In this document: in pieces, positions 11,861 through 19,635 of the stretch | How the letters are laid out: the number at the start of each line of letters is the position of its first letter | How positions within the stretch are numbered: the first letter of the stretch is position 1 | NCBI GenBank assembly: GCA_963783305.1 | Contig: CAWAMW010000002.1 | Location: forward strand, 672,001 to 736,000 | Reading direction: 5' to 3' | DNA from: an uncultured Gemmatimonadales bacterium | Lineage (GTDB): Bacteria > Gemmatimonadota > Gemmatimonadetes > Longimicrobiales > RSA9 | Length of the DNA: 64,000 nt | Program-made: the position numbers and the translations under genes | The notes under the pieces: model-generated | Told to the model about the DNA's origin: nothing | What the model saw: the letters and a program-made list of their open reading frames with translations, nothing else | Databases searched by the model: none

Positions 11861-11938
11861 GTTCCCACAGCTTCACTCCGCGGCCTGCCGGAGTACCGCC
11901 ATGTCCCGTCACCTCACCATCGACGCCGTGCCAGCGGA

Positions 11939-12565
11939 TCAACTCCCCGGCTGGGCGGCGCTGTCGGCGGCCCTCCAGCAGTACCATGCGACGGCGCTCC
12001 GCCACGGTCGGAACCCCACGCCGATCCAGCCGGCCTGCTCGGCCGTGGGCGGCTCCGGCAGGCCCACCACCTTCCCGAGCCCCGCACGGACCCCGAGGTC
12101 GCCTACCGGCCAGACGTCCGGCCGGCGCAGCTCGAACAGCAGGTGCATCTGCGCCGTCCACGGCCCGATGCCGCGCACCCTCGTGAGACGCTCCACCACC
12201 GCCGCGTCATCCAGCGCACCCAGATCGTGGAGCGGGACCGCGCCCGAACGGCTCTTCTCCGCCAGGTCGCGGATCGCCGCCAGCTTCGCCCGCGACAGCC
12301 CGGCCCCCCTCAGTGCCTCCTCGGGCACCGCCTGCACACGCTCCTCCGTCACCTCCCCGCCGAGCGCCTCCACGACCCGGCCGTGGATCGTGCGAGCCGC
12401 TTTCCCCGCCAGCTGCTGATAGACGATGGACGCGGTGAGCGCCGCGAACGCACCGCCCCGCGACGGCCGCAGCCGCACCGGCCCCACCCGCTCGATCAAC
12501 GGACCGAACGATGGGTCCCCTCGCAGCCGCTCGGTCGCCTCCGGCCACACGACCTCACCCGTCAT
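11939..12565 (-). CDS. alkA: DNA-3-methyladenine glycosylase II (AlkA family, HhH-GPD)
   Basis: SIVYQQLAGKAA, GLSRAK, HhH VRGIGPWTAQM, PVGDLGVR, PWRS motifs. Confidence 0.9.
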   Translation of the reverse strand: MTGEVVWPEATERLRGDPSFGPLIERVGPVRLRPSRGGAFAALTASIVYQQLAGKAARTIHGRVVEALGGEVTEERVQAVPEEALRGAGLSRAKLAAIRDLAEKSRSGAVPLHDLGALDDAAVVERLTRVRGIGPWTAQMHLLFELRRPDVWPVGDLGVRAGLGKVVGLPEPPTAEQAGWIGVGFRPWRSAVAWYCWRAADSAAQPGS

Positions 12566-13205
12566 GGATGGCCTCCGCGAATGCTGTGAGCCGGTCCGCG
12601 TCCAGCGCGCCGTCGGTCCGGACCCCCGTACACACGTCCACGGCGAAGGGCCGGACGGCCGCAACCGCCTCCGCCACGTTCCCCGCGTTCAGCCCGCCCG
12701 CCAGGTACATCGGCAGATCCACCGACTCCACCACCCTCCGGCTCACCGTCCAGTCGTGGACGCGGCCCGTTCCGCCCAGCTCACGAACGGCGGCGCGGGG
12801 ACGGCCGGAATCCAGCAGAATCCCGCTCGCCCAGCGCGTCGCGCCCCGGGCTTCTTCCACCGCACCGCCGTCCTCGACATGGACGGCCTGCACGAGCCCG
12901 ATCCCGGGCAGCGCCGACCGCAGCGCCTCTCCCGCCCCGGGCTCCAGCCGGTCCACGAGCTGGAGCACGGCGGCCGGGAGTCGCCGGTGCTGCTCGACGA
13001 TGGCGGCCGCCTCGGTCCGGCACGTCAGGAGGAAGGACGCGACGCCCGGCGGGACGTGGGGGAGCAGGCCGGCGATGGCGTCGTCGTCGATAGGGCCGGG
13101 GCCGCTCGGCATGGCGGAGACGAAGCCGACGGCCGACGCGCCCAGCCGCACCGCCAGCTCGAGCTCGGCACGGTCGCGGATGCAGCACACCTTGAACCGG
13201 GTCAC
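12555..13205 (-). CDS. trpF: Phosphoribosylanthranilate isomerase (TrpF family)
   Basis: C-terminal part of ORF 12555..13769 from GTG at 13205: FKVCCI, ILLDSG, GGTGRVHDW, LAGGLNAGNV, VDVCTGV. Confidence 0.85.
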   Translation of the reverse strand: MTRFKVCCIRDRAELELAVRLGASAVGFVSAMPSGPGPIDDDAIAGLLPHVPPGVASFLLTCRTEAAAIVEQHRRLPAAVLQLVDRLEPGAGEALRSALPGIGLVQAVHVEDGGAVEEARGATRWASGILLDSGRPRAAVRELGGTGRVHDWTVSRRVVESVDLPMYLAGGLNAGNVAEAVAAVRPFAVDVCTGVRTDGALDADRLTAFAEAIHDG

Positions 13206-13849
13206 GAGGGCCCCCCCATTCGCTCCCGGAGCCGCGCCTCCTCGTCGGCCAGCCCCGGCAGCGGCTCCGGTGCGGGCGCCGCCGCCATGATCCACAGGAC
13301 GCGCCCGCCCAGCACGATCCCCGCGCTCATGAGCAACCGACCCGCCCACTGCCACGCGCCGGCCACGGCCTCCGCGTGCCGGAGCATGGTCATCCGCCCG
13401 AGCATGTACGTCCAGTCGTGGATCGGCTCGGCCGTCGTCGGTGAGACCAGCGGGAGCGCCTGCGTCACCGCGTCGCCCGCGTAGATGACCACCTCGAAGC
13501 AGGCGATCCCCATCCACGCGATGGCGAACGATACGCCGAACCAGTCCCGCTGACGGTACAGCACCGCCCCCGCCGCGACCGGTATCAGGATCTGCGTGAG
13601 CGTGCCACCGGCGATCCCCATGAACCGCCCGAGCGGGCTCCAGAGGATGTGGCCGATCTCGTGGAACGCGAGGTCGATCCCGTTGAAGATCGTGGTGGCG
13701 CCGGGATCGTTCCAGCAGCGGTGGAGGACCCACACCAGCCAGAGCAGGAGCGGCGCCCGGATCCACCATGTGCGCCCCGCCGCCCAGCGCCGGATGGAAG
13801 CGTCCAGGCGCGCCAGCGCGGAGCCGCCGCTCCTAGCCGCCGTGCTCAG
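13202..13849 (-). CDS. Integral membrane protein with HExxH motif (putative M50-like zinc peptidase); start uncertain
   Basis: ORF 13202..13735 has FHEIGH, a HDW motif and several TM segments. The frame stays open upstream with a hydrophobic WWIRAPLLLWLV stretch back to a CTG at 13849 overlapping the msrA end. Confidence 0.65.
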   Translation of the reverse strand: MSTAARSGGSALARLDASIRRWAAGRTWWIRAPLLLWLVWVLHRCWNDPGATTIFNGIDLAFHEIGHILWSPLGRFMGIAGGTLTQILIPVAAGAVLYRQRDWFGVSFAIAWMGIACFEVVIYAGDAVTQALPLVSPTTAEPIHDWTYMLGRMTMLRHAEAVAGAWQWAGRLLMSAGIVLGGRVLWIMAAAPAPEPLPGLADEEARLRERMGGPS

Positions 13850-14375
13850 GCTTGAGCCGGTGTGAGAAGGACTTCCGGAGCTTGGCGACCTTGGGGTCGA
13901 TCACCACCCGGCAGTAGCCCTGGCCCGGGTTCCTCCGGTAGTAATCGTGGTGCTCCGGCTCGGCCGGATAGAAAGCCTCCAACGGCTCGATCTGCGTGAC
14001 GATCGGCGCGCCGAAGACGCCCTCCTCCGTCAGCTCCAACACGACCGATTCCGCCGCCTCCCGCTGCTCCTCCGACTCGTACAGGATGATCGAGCGGTAC
14101 TGCGGCCCCACGTCCGCGCCCTGACGGTCCGGAGTGGTGGGATCGTGCGTGCCGAAAAACACCCTGAGCAGCGTCCGGAAGTCGATCACGGCGGGATCGT
14201 ACTCCACCCGCACGACCTCCGCGTGACCCGTCCGTCCAGCGCAGACCTGCCGGTAGCTCGGGTCCACCACGTGACCCCCCGCGTATCCCGACGTCACCCC
14301 TCCCACCCCCCGCAGGCGATCGAACACCGCCTCCAGGCACCAGAAGCAGCCACCCCCCAGCGTCACCGTCTCCAT
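13833..14375 (-). CDS. msrA: Peptide methionine sulfoxide reductase A
   Basis: GGGCFWC active site, SGYAGG, GHAEVV, HDPT, QYRS, FYPAEPEHHDYY, GYC. Confidence 0.97.
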   Translation of the reverse strand: METVTLGGGCFWCLEAVFDRLRGVGGVTSGYAGGHVVDPSYRQVCAGRTGHAEVVRVEYDPAVIDFRTLLRVFFGTHDPTTPDRQGADVGPQYRSIILYESEEQREAAESVVLELTEEGVFGAPIVTQIEPLEAFYPAEPEHHDYYRRNPGQGYCRVVIDPKVAKLRKSFSHRLKPEHGG

Positions 14376-14689
14376 TACGCCGTCGGGTCCCCGCCCGGGT
14401 CCACACCACCGCGCCCGCTCCTCCCGGCCGCGCCCTCCAGCAGCCGCTCCGTGAACTGCTGCCGCTCCGCCACCCGCTCCACCTCCGCCTGCAGCGACAC
14501 CATCAGCTCCCGCAGTTCCGACACCTCCCCCGAAGAGAGCCCCTCTCCCCCCTCACGCCGGTCCTGGATCCGCATCTCCAGCAACGTCCCCAACCGCCGC
14601 GTCAGCGGAAACAGCAGAATTGAGCCCGCAATGATCAGCACCACAAGCAGCGAGAAGATCATCCCCGCAAACGGCAGAAACTCCTCCAT
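14375..14689 (-). CDS. Small bitopic membrane protein with C-terminal coiled coil
   Basis: MEEFLPFAGMIFSLLVVLIIAGSILLFPL TM helix, then ELRELMVSLQAEVERVAERQQFTERLL; G-rich RBS; stop overlaps the msrA start (TAATG). Confidence 0.75.
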   Translation of the reverse strand: MEEFLPFAGMIFSLLVVLIIAGSILLFPLTRRLGTLLEMRIQDRREGGEGLSSGEVSELRELMVSLQAEVERVAERQQFTERLLEGAAGRSGRGGVDPGGDPTA

Positions 14690-14696
14690 ACCCCCC

Positions 14697-14850
14697 CCTT
14701 GCGAGCGCCAGCGAGCCACCCTGCGAGCGCCAGCGAGCCACCCTGCGAGCGTCAGCGAGCCACCCTGCGAGCGCCAGCGAGCCACCCTGCGAGCGTCAGC
14801 GAGCCACCCTGCGAGCGTCAGCGAGCCACCCTGCGAGCGCCAGCGAGCCC
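14697..14850. repeat. Tandem repeat, 7 copies of 22 bp (CCCTGCGAGCGYCAGCGAGCCA)
   Basis: Units start at 14697, 14719, 14741, 14763, 14785, 14807 and 14829; C/T variant at position 12; no spacers. Confidence 0.95.
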
Positions 14851-15537
14851 CTAGAAGTTGTAACTATCCCCCGGATCCAGGATCACCACCTCGGCGCGCC
14901 CGCCAACCCGGTCCCGAAACGCGTTCGGGTCCTGCTCTATGGGCTCCCAGGTCGAGTAGTGCATGGGGATCACCACGCGCGGCTCGATGAACTCCACCGC
15001 GCGCGCCGCGTCCTCCGGACCCATGGTGAAATTGTCGCCAATAGGCAGCAGCGCCACGTCGACCTTGCCCTTGAGCAGCTGCATGTCCGTCAGCAGCGCC
15101 GTGTCACCCGCGTGGTAGAGTGTCTTCCCGCCCAGGTCCAGCCACCAGCCGCCGGGCATCGTAGTGAAGGCGCCCTCCTCGTCCCCGTCCACCTGACCCC
15201 CGTGCAGCGCTGGCGTCATCTTGGCATAACCGAAATCGAAGTGGTTGCCGCCGCCAATGTGGAGCGCGTGGACGTTCTCGAGCCCCTTCTCCTGGCAGAA
15301 CCCGACGATCTCGAACGTCGCGAGCAGTGTGGCTCCCGTCTTCTTCGCCAGCGGAATGGCATCCTGGAAATGGTCGAAGTGACCGTGACTCACCAGGATG
15401 TAATCCAGCTCCGTTACGTCGGCCACCTTGATGTCCGACTTGGGGTTCTCGTCCAGGTACGGGTCGAACATGATTCGATGGCCGCCATCGGTCTCCAGCG
15501 TAAATGTGGAGTGACCGTGCCACGTCAATCGAGCCAC
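14851..15537 (-). CDS. Metal-dependent hydrolase, metallo-beta-lactamase fold (UPF0173)
   Basis: TWHGHS, FDPY, SHGHFDH, YHAGDT, PIGDNFTM, IPMHY motifs; GGAGG RBS before GTG at 15537. Confidence 0.92.
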   Translation of the reverse strand: MARLTWHGHSTFTLETDGGHRIMFDPYLDENPKSDIKVADVTELDYILVSHGHFDHFQDAIPLAKKTGATLLATFEIVGFCQEKGLENVHALHIGGGNHFDFGYAKMTPALHGGQVDGDEEGAFTTMPGGWWLDLGGKTLYHAGDTALLTDMQLLKGKVDVALLPIGDNFTMGPEDAARAVEFIEPRVVIPMHYSTWEPIEQDPNAFRDRVGGRAEVVILDPGDSYNF

Positions 15538-15554
15538 TTGCACCTCCCTGCGGA

Positions 15555-15941
15555 CTATTCCGTGTGCGGTGCGTACCCGTCGGCGTCGAGGAGCGCGTCG
15601 AGCTGACTCGGTTCGGAGACGCGCACCTTGATCATCCACCCCTCGCCGTACGGGTCGGCGTTCACTCGCGACGGGTCGTCGTTGAGCGACTCGTTGACAG
15701 CAATTACCTCGCCGCTCACGGGCATGAAGAGATCGCTCACCGCCTTGACCGCCTCCACCGTGCCGAACGTCGCGCCCTGCTCGAAGCTGTCCCCTTCCTC
15801 GGGCAGCTCCACGAACACGATGTCGCCCAGCTCACCCTGCGCGTAGTCGGTGATGCCCACCTTGAAAACATCGTCCTGGTCCGTGGGGGCCAGGTACTCG
15901 TGCTCCTCTGTATAGCGGAGATCCGCGGGCAGATCGGCCAT
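15555..15941 (-). CDS. gcvH: Glycine cleavage system H protein
   Basis: YTEEHEY, GITDYAQGELGDIVFVELP, lipoyl-lysine VEAVKAVSD, NADPYGEGW; GGAGG RBS. Confidence 0.97.
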   Translation of the reverse strand: MADLPADLRYTEEHEYLAPTDQDDVFKVGITDYAQGELGDIVFVELPEEGDSFEQGATFGTVEAVKAVSDLFMPVSGEVIAVNESLNDDPSRVNADPYGEGWMIKVRVSEPSQLDALLDADGYAPHTE

Positions 15942-16025
15942 GTCGCCTCCCTTGATGGTGCATTGATCCTCGACGGCAGGATGGCGCGGCCGGCGGTGGC
16001 CGTCAAGCATGCGCAACGGCGACCG

Positions 16026-16244
16026 CTACTCGACCTTGATCTCGCGCAGACCGGCGAGGATCTGGATCAGGCGCTGGATCTCCGACTCCACCACCTTCAG
16101 CGACTCCTGCACCTCGCCATCCTGGGCGGCCGGCTCGTCCAGGAGGAGCTGTACGTGGCCGAGCGCCGCCGTCAGCGGGCTGTTGGCGTCGTGACGGATG
16201 GTTCGGACCAGCTCGACCATCTCACGGCAGCGGACTTCGTCCAT
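16026..16244 (-). CDS. Stand-alone histidine kinase dimerisation/phospho-acceptor (HisKA) mini-protein, 72 aa
   Basis: H-box IRHDANSPLTAALGHVQLL, second helix SLKVVESEIQRLIQIL; GGAGGG RBS; no ATPase domain. Confidence 0.75.
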   Translation of the reverse strand: MDEVRCREMVELVRTIRHDANSPLTAALGHVQLLLDEPAAQDGEVQESLKVVESEIQRLIQILAGLREIKVE

Positions 16245-16352
16245 GTTCCCTCCCGTTCACTTTCCGCGGTATACCACCATGCGTAGTATAGCCGGCGTGG
16301 CCGTTTTTTTCACGACGACGACGAACTCCGCCCCCGAACCTGCGAGACCCGC

Positions 16353-17507
16353 ATGAATATCGAGCGTCCGGCCCTCACAATGCTGAGTGAGGAAGAGAAC
16401 ATGTTCCGCGACATGGTGCGCCAGTTCGCGGAAGAGCAGATCGCGCCCATGGTCATGGACATGGATCGGGCAGCGAAAATGGATCGCGGGCTGATCGACA
16501 CCCTGTTCGAGCTCGGCCTGATGGGCATCGAGATCCCCGAGGAGCACGGTGGCGTCGGTGCCTCGTTCTTCACGTCCGTGCTGGTGGTCGAAGAGCTTTC
16601 CCGCATCGACCCGTCCGTCGCCGTGCTGGTGGACGTGCAGAATACGCTCGTCGACACCTGCATCAAGCGCTACGGGAACGAGGACCAGAAGGAGCGATTC
16701 CTCCCGCGACTGGCGCGCGACACCGTGGGGGCGTACGCCCTCTCGGAGGCCGGCTCCGGGTCGGACGCGTTCGCGCTGGCCACGCGCGCGCACCAGGATG
16801 GAGCCGACTGGATTCTGGACGGCGCCAAGCTCTGGATCACGAACGGCGACGAGGCGGGCGTATTCATCGTTTTCGCCAACACGGACCCGGACGCCGGGTA
16901 CAAGGGCATCACCGCTTTCCTGGTGGAGCGCGGCGCGGACGGCTTCACCGTGGGCAAGAAAGAAGACAAGCTCGGTATCCGTGCGTCTTCCACGGTGGAG
17001 CTGAGCTTCGATAGCTGCAGGGTCGCGGCCGCCGACGTCGTGGGGGAAGTCGGGAAGGGCTACAAGATCGCCATCGAGCAGCTGAACGAGGGCCGGATCG
17101 GAATCGGCGCTCAGATGGTGGGGCTGGCGCAGGGAGCGCTGGACCACACGCTACGGTACGTGCAGGAGCGGGAGCAGTTCGGTCGGCCCATTGGCCAGTT
17201 CCAGGGGGTGCAGTTCCAGCTCGCGGAGATGCGGACCCAACTCGAGGCCGCCCGCCTCCTCGTCTACAACGCCGCCCGCCTCAAGGAGGCCGGCCGCCCC
17301 TTCCTGGAGGCCGCCGCCATGGCCAAGCTCCATTCCTCGGAGACCGCCCAGAAGATTGCTTCCACCTGCGTCGACCTATACGGCGGCTACGGCTTCACCA
17401 AGGAATACCCCGTCGAGAAACTCTACCGCGATGCCAAGGTCGGCACGATCTACGAGGGAACCAGCAACATGCAGAAGCAGACGATCGCGAAGCTGATGCT
17501 GCGGTAG
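16353..17507 (+). CDS. Acyl-CoA dehydrogenase (short/branched-chain type)
   Basis: YALSEAGSGSDA, GAKLWITN, KLGIRAS, REQFGRPI, GGYGF, IYEGTSNMQ motifs. Confidence 0.96.
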   Translation: MNIERPALTMLSEEENMFRDMVRQFAEEQIAPMVMDMDRAAKMDRGLIDTLFELGLMGIEIPEEHGGVGASFFTSVLVVEELSRIDPSVAVLVDVQNTLVDTCIKRYGNEDQKERFLPRLARDTVGAYALSEAGSGSDAFALATRAHQDGADWILDGAKLWITNGDEAGVFIVFANTDPDAGYKGITAFLVERGADGFTVGKKEDKLGIRASSTVELSFDSCRVAAADVVGEVGKGYKIAIEQLNEGRIGIGAQMVGLAQGALDHTLRYVQEREQFGRPIGQFQGVQFQLAEMRTQLEAARLLVYNAARLKEAGRPFLEAAAMAKLHSSETAQKIASTCVDLYGGYGFTKEYPVEKLYRDAKVGTIYEGTSNMQKQTIAKLMLR

Positions 17508-17561
17508 GGGTCGACCCGCGGCCGACCCGGAGGGCTCGCCCCTCGGCCTCGCGGGGTGCGC

Positions 17562-19334
17562 TCACTTCGTTCGCGCGGAGAGCGCGCCCGAGGCGCGCGG
17601 GGCAAGCGCGGGCGGGACCCGCAGGTGGAAGTCCGTGGCATCCTGATAGGCAGCGGCGAGGCGCAGGGCGGCGGCATCGTTCCAGAGTGCGCCAACGAAG
17701 GAAATGCTCGTGGGATGGCCGTCGATGAATCCGGCGGGCACCACCGCGGTGGGGTGGCCGGTGAGGTTCGTGGTGAGCAGGACGCTGCCGGCGAAGCTCG
17801 GCGTGATGAAGACGTCGATGTCCGCCATGGTCTTCTCCATCTCGGCCATGAGCATGCTCCGGATGCGGCTCGCCTGGATGTACTCCACGGCGGGGATGAG
17901 GCGGGCCTCCCGGAAGGAGTTGGGCCAGGACCAGGATTCCTGCGCCACCAGGAGATCGTCACGGCCGCTGCGGGTCAGGTCGTCGAACGCCGCGGCGGAC
18001 TCGGCGCTCAGGATGATGCGCAGGGCGCTCGTCGGGAGGTCGTCGGGGAGCTCGACGGGGACGGGTTCCACTCCGAGGCTCCGCACCGACTCCAGCGCGG
18101 CGTTCTCGAGCTCGATCTGTCGCCGCGCCCGGTCCCGGTCCTCCTCTTCGGAGCCCCAGGGCTCCCGCTCGAACCCGCTCTTCAGATACCCCACCCGGAG
18201 CTCGCTCAAGGGGCGCGATCGATCGTAGCGGAACGGGACGCTCCGGGCGGTGGGGTCCCGCCCATCGGCGCCATGAATGGCAGCGAACACCAGTGCGCAG
18301 TCATCGGCGCTGCGGCAGAGCGGCCCGATCTTGTCCATGCTCCAGGACAGCGCCATGGCGCCGTGCCGACTCACTCGGCCGAAGGTGGGACGCAGTGCGC
18401 TCGCGCCCGTGCGCGTGGCCGGCGAGACTATGGAGCCCAGCGTCTCGGTACCGATGCCGAACCCCACCAGCCCGCCCACGGTTGCGGCGGCGGATCCGGC
18501 GGAGGAGCCGCTCGACCCCTGCTCCAGGTCCCACGGGTTGCGGGTCTTTCCGCCGAACCAGACGTCGCCCATGGCGAGCGCCCCCAGCGACAGCTTGGCC
18601 ACGAGTACCGCACCCGCCTCTTCCAGGCGCCGCACCACGGTCGCGTCTCCAGCGATCACCTGGTGCTCGTACGGCTTCGCGCCCCACGTGGTCGGATAGC
18701 CTTCCACCGCCAGCAGGTCCTTCGCTCCCCACGGTATGCCGTGCAGCGGTCCGCGGTACACGCCGGCTGAGAGCTCTGCGTCGGCCCGGCGCGCCTGGCG
18801 AATCGCGAGCTCGTCGGTGAGCGTGATGACCGCTTCCAGGCGGCCGCCGTGGCGACGCAGACGGTCGAGATACATCTCCGTCAGCTCCTCGGATGTGACC
18901 TGCCGCGTCCGCACCAGCTCCGACAGCTTCGTCACCGGCCAGAACGCCGCCCCCTCCAGATCCCGCGGCCTCCGCACAGTCTCCGGCCGGGCGACTCGCA
19001 CGTCCGCGACGCGCTCCAGCTCGTGCGCACCTGCGTCCAGCGCGGGGCGGTGCGGCAGGCGTGGATCGAACTGGGCGGCCGGCGACACGTGATTCGGGAT
19101 CGTCACGGCGCGGATCGCCTCGTACGACTCCAGGTGCTGGTTGAGGCCGCGGACCATCAGCTCCCGCTCCTCGGGCGTGAAGGTGAGGCCGGCCACCGTC
19201 TCCGCGTCCCGGACCACGTCGACGGTGATCGGCTCCTGCGACCCGGCCCGGGCCCACAGCGCGTCCATGAATGCACCACTCAGCCCGAGGGAAGAGAGCT
19301 GAACCATGAACGTACGGCGGTCGAGAGCGGGCAT
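17562..19334 (-). CDS. Amidase signature family protein with Tat-like signal peptide
   Basis: DRRTFM twin-arginine; GPLHGIPWGAKDL, GSSGSSAGS, GTETLGSI catalytic triad motifs. Confidence 0.92.
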   Translation of the reverse strand: MPALDRRTFMVQLSSLGLSGAFMDALWARAGSQEPITVDVVRDAETVAGLTFTPEERELMVRGLNQHLESYEAIRAVTIPNHVSPAAQFDPRLPHRPALDAGAHELERVADVRVARPETVRRPRDLEGAAFWPVTKLSELVRTRQVTSEELTEMYLDRLRRHGGRLEAVITLTDELAIRQARRADAELSAGVYRGPLHGIPWGAKDLLAVEGYPTTWGAKPYEHQVIAGDATVVRRLEEAGAVLVAKLSLGALAMGDVWFGGKTRNPWDLEQGSSGSSAGSAAATVGGLVGFGIGTETLGSIVSPATRTGASALRPTFGRVSRHGAMALSWSMDKIGPLCRSADDCALVFAAIHGADGRDPTARSVPFRYDRSRPLSELRVGYLKSGFEREPWGSEEEDRDRARRQIELENAALESVRSLGVEPVPVELPDDLPTSALRIILSAESAAAFDDLTRSGRDDLLVAQESWSWPNSFREARLIPAVEYIQASRIRSMLMAEMEKTMADIDVFITPSFAGSVLLTTNLTGHPTAVVPAGFIDGHPTSISFVGALWNDAAALRLAAAYQDATDFHLRVPPALAPRASGALSARTK

Positions 19335-19500
19335 GGCACCGGGTGGGTTGGAGTGTGTAGTGCGGTCGTGGGCGGCGGCGAGCCCCCACCGGTCAACGTG
19401 CTGCACCGCTCCCGGCCCAGCAAGAGGTCCGGCTCCGGCGGGAGCCCTCCGGGTGATTTCAGGATCCGCCGGGTCTGCCCGCGCTGTCCCGCAGAGCTGA

Positions 19501-19516
19501 CGGCCGGTTATTTGCC
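19501..19516 (+). promoter_or_regulatory. Candidate sigma-54 (-24/-12) promoter for the acyl-CoA dehydrogenase
   Basis: CGGCCGGTTATTTGCC = GG-N10-GC with TTGC, about 120 nt upstream of ATG 19636. Confidence 0.3.
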
Positions 19517-19635
19517 TCAGGATGTTCCGCCGAGGGATCCCTGGCGATGCGGCGCCTGGACAGAGTCGACTACGCGCGCCCCCCAGTCAGCCCCAATCGA
19601 CCCTTAGGTTCCATATAGTTGGAGGCATTGCGCTT

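Noticed and set aside
14375..14785. N-terminal extensions of ORFs into the tandem repeat (136-aa and 62-aa calls)
   Set aside because: The starts are GTGs generated by the 22-bp repeat; ATG 14689 with a G-rich RBS is the better start.
14697..14850. Possible CRISPR array
   Set aside because: Units are directly adjacent with no unique spacers, and no cas genes are present.
16290..16311. T7 run after a short GC stem as a terminator or attenuator
   Set aside because: The stem is only about 3 bp, and the site lies in a divergent promoter region.
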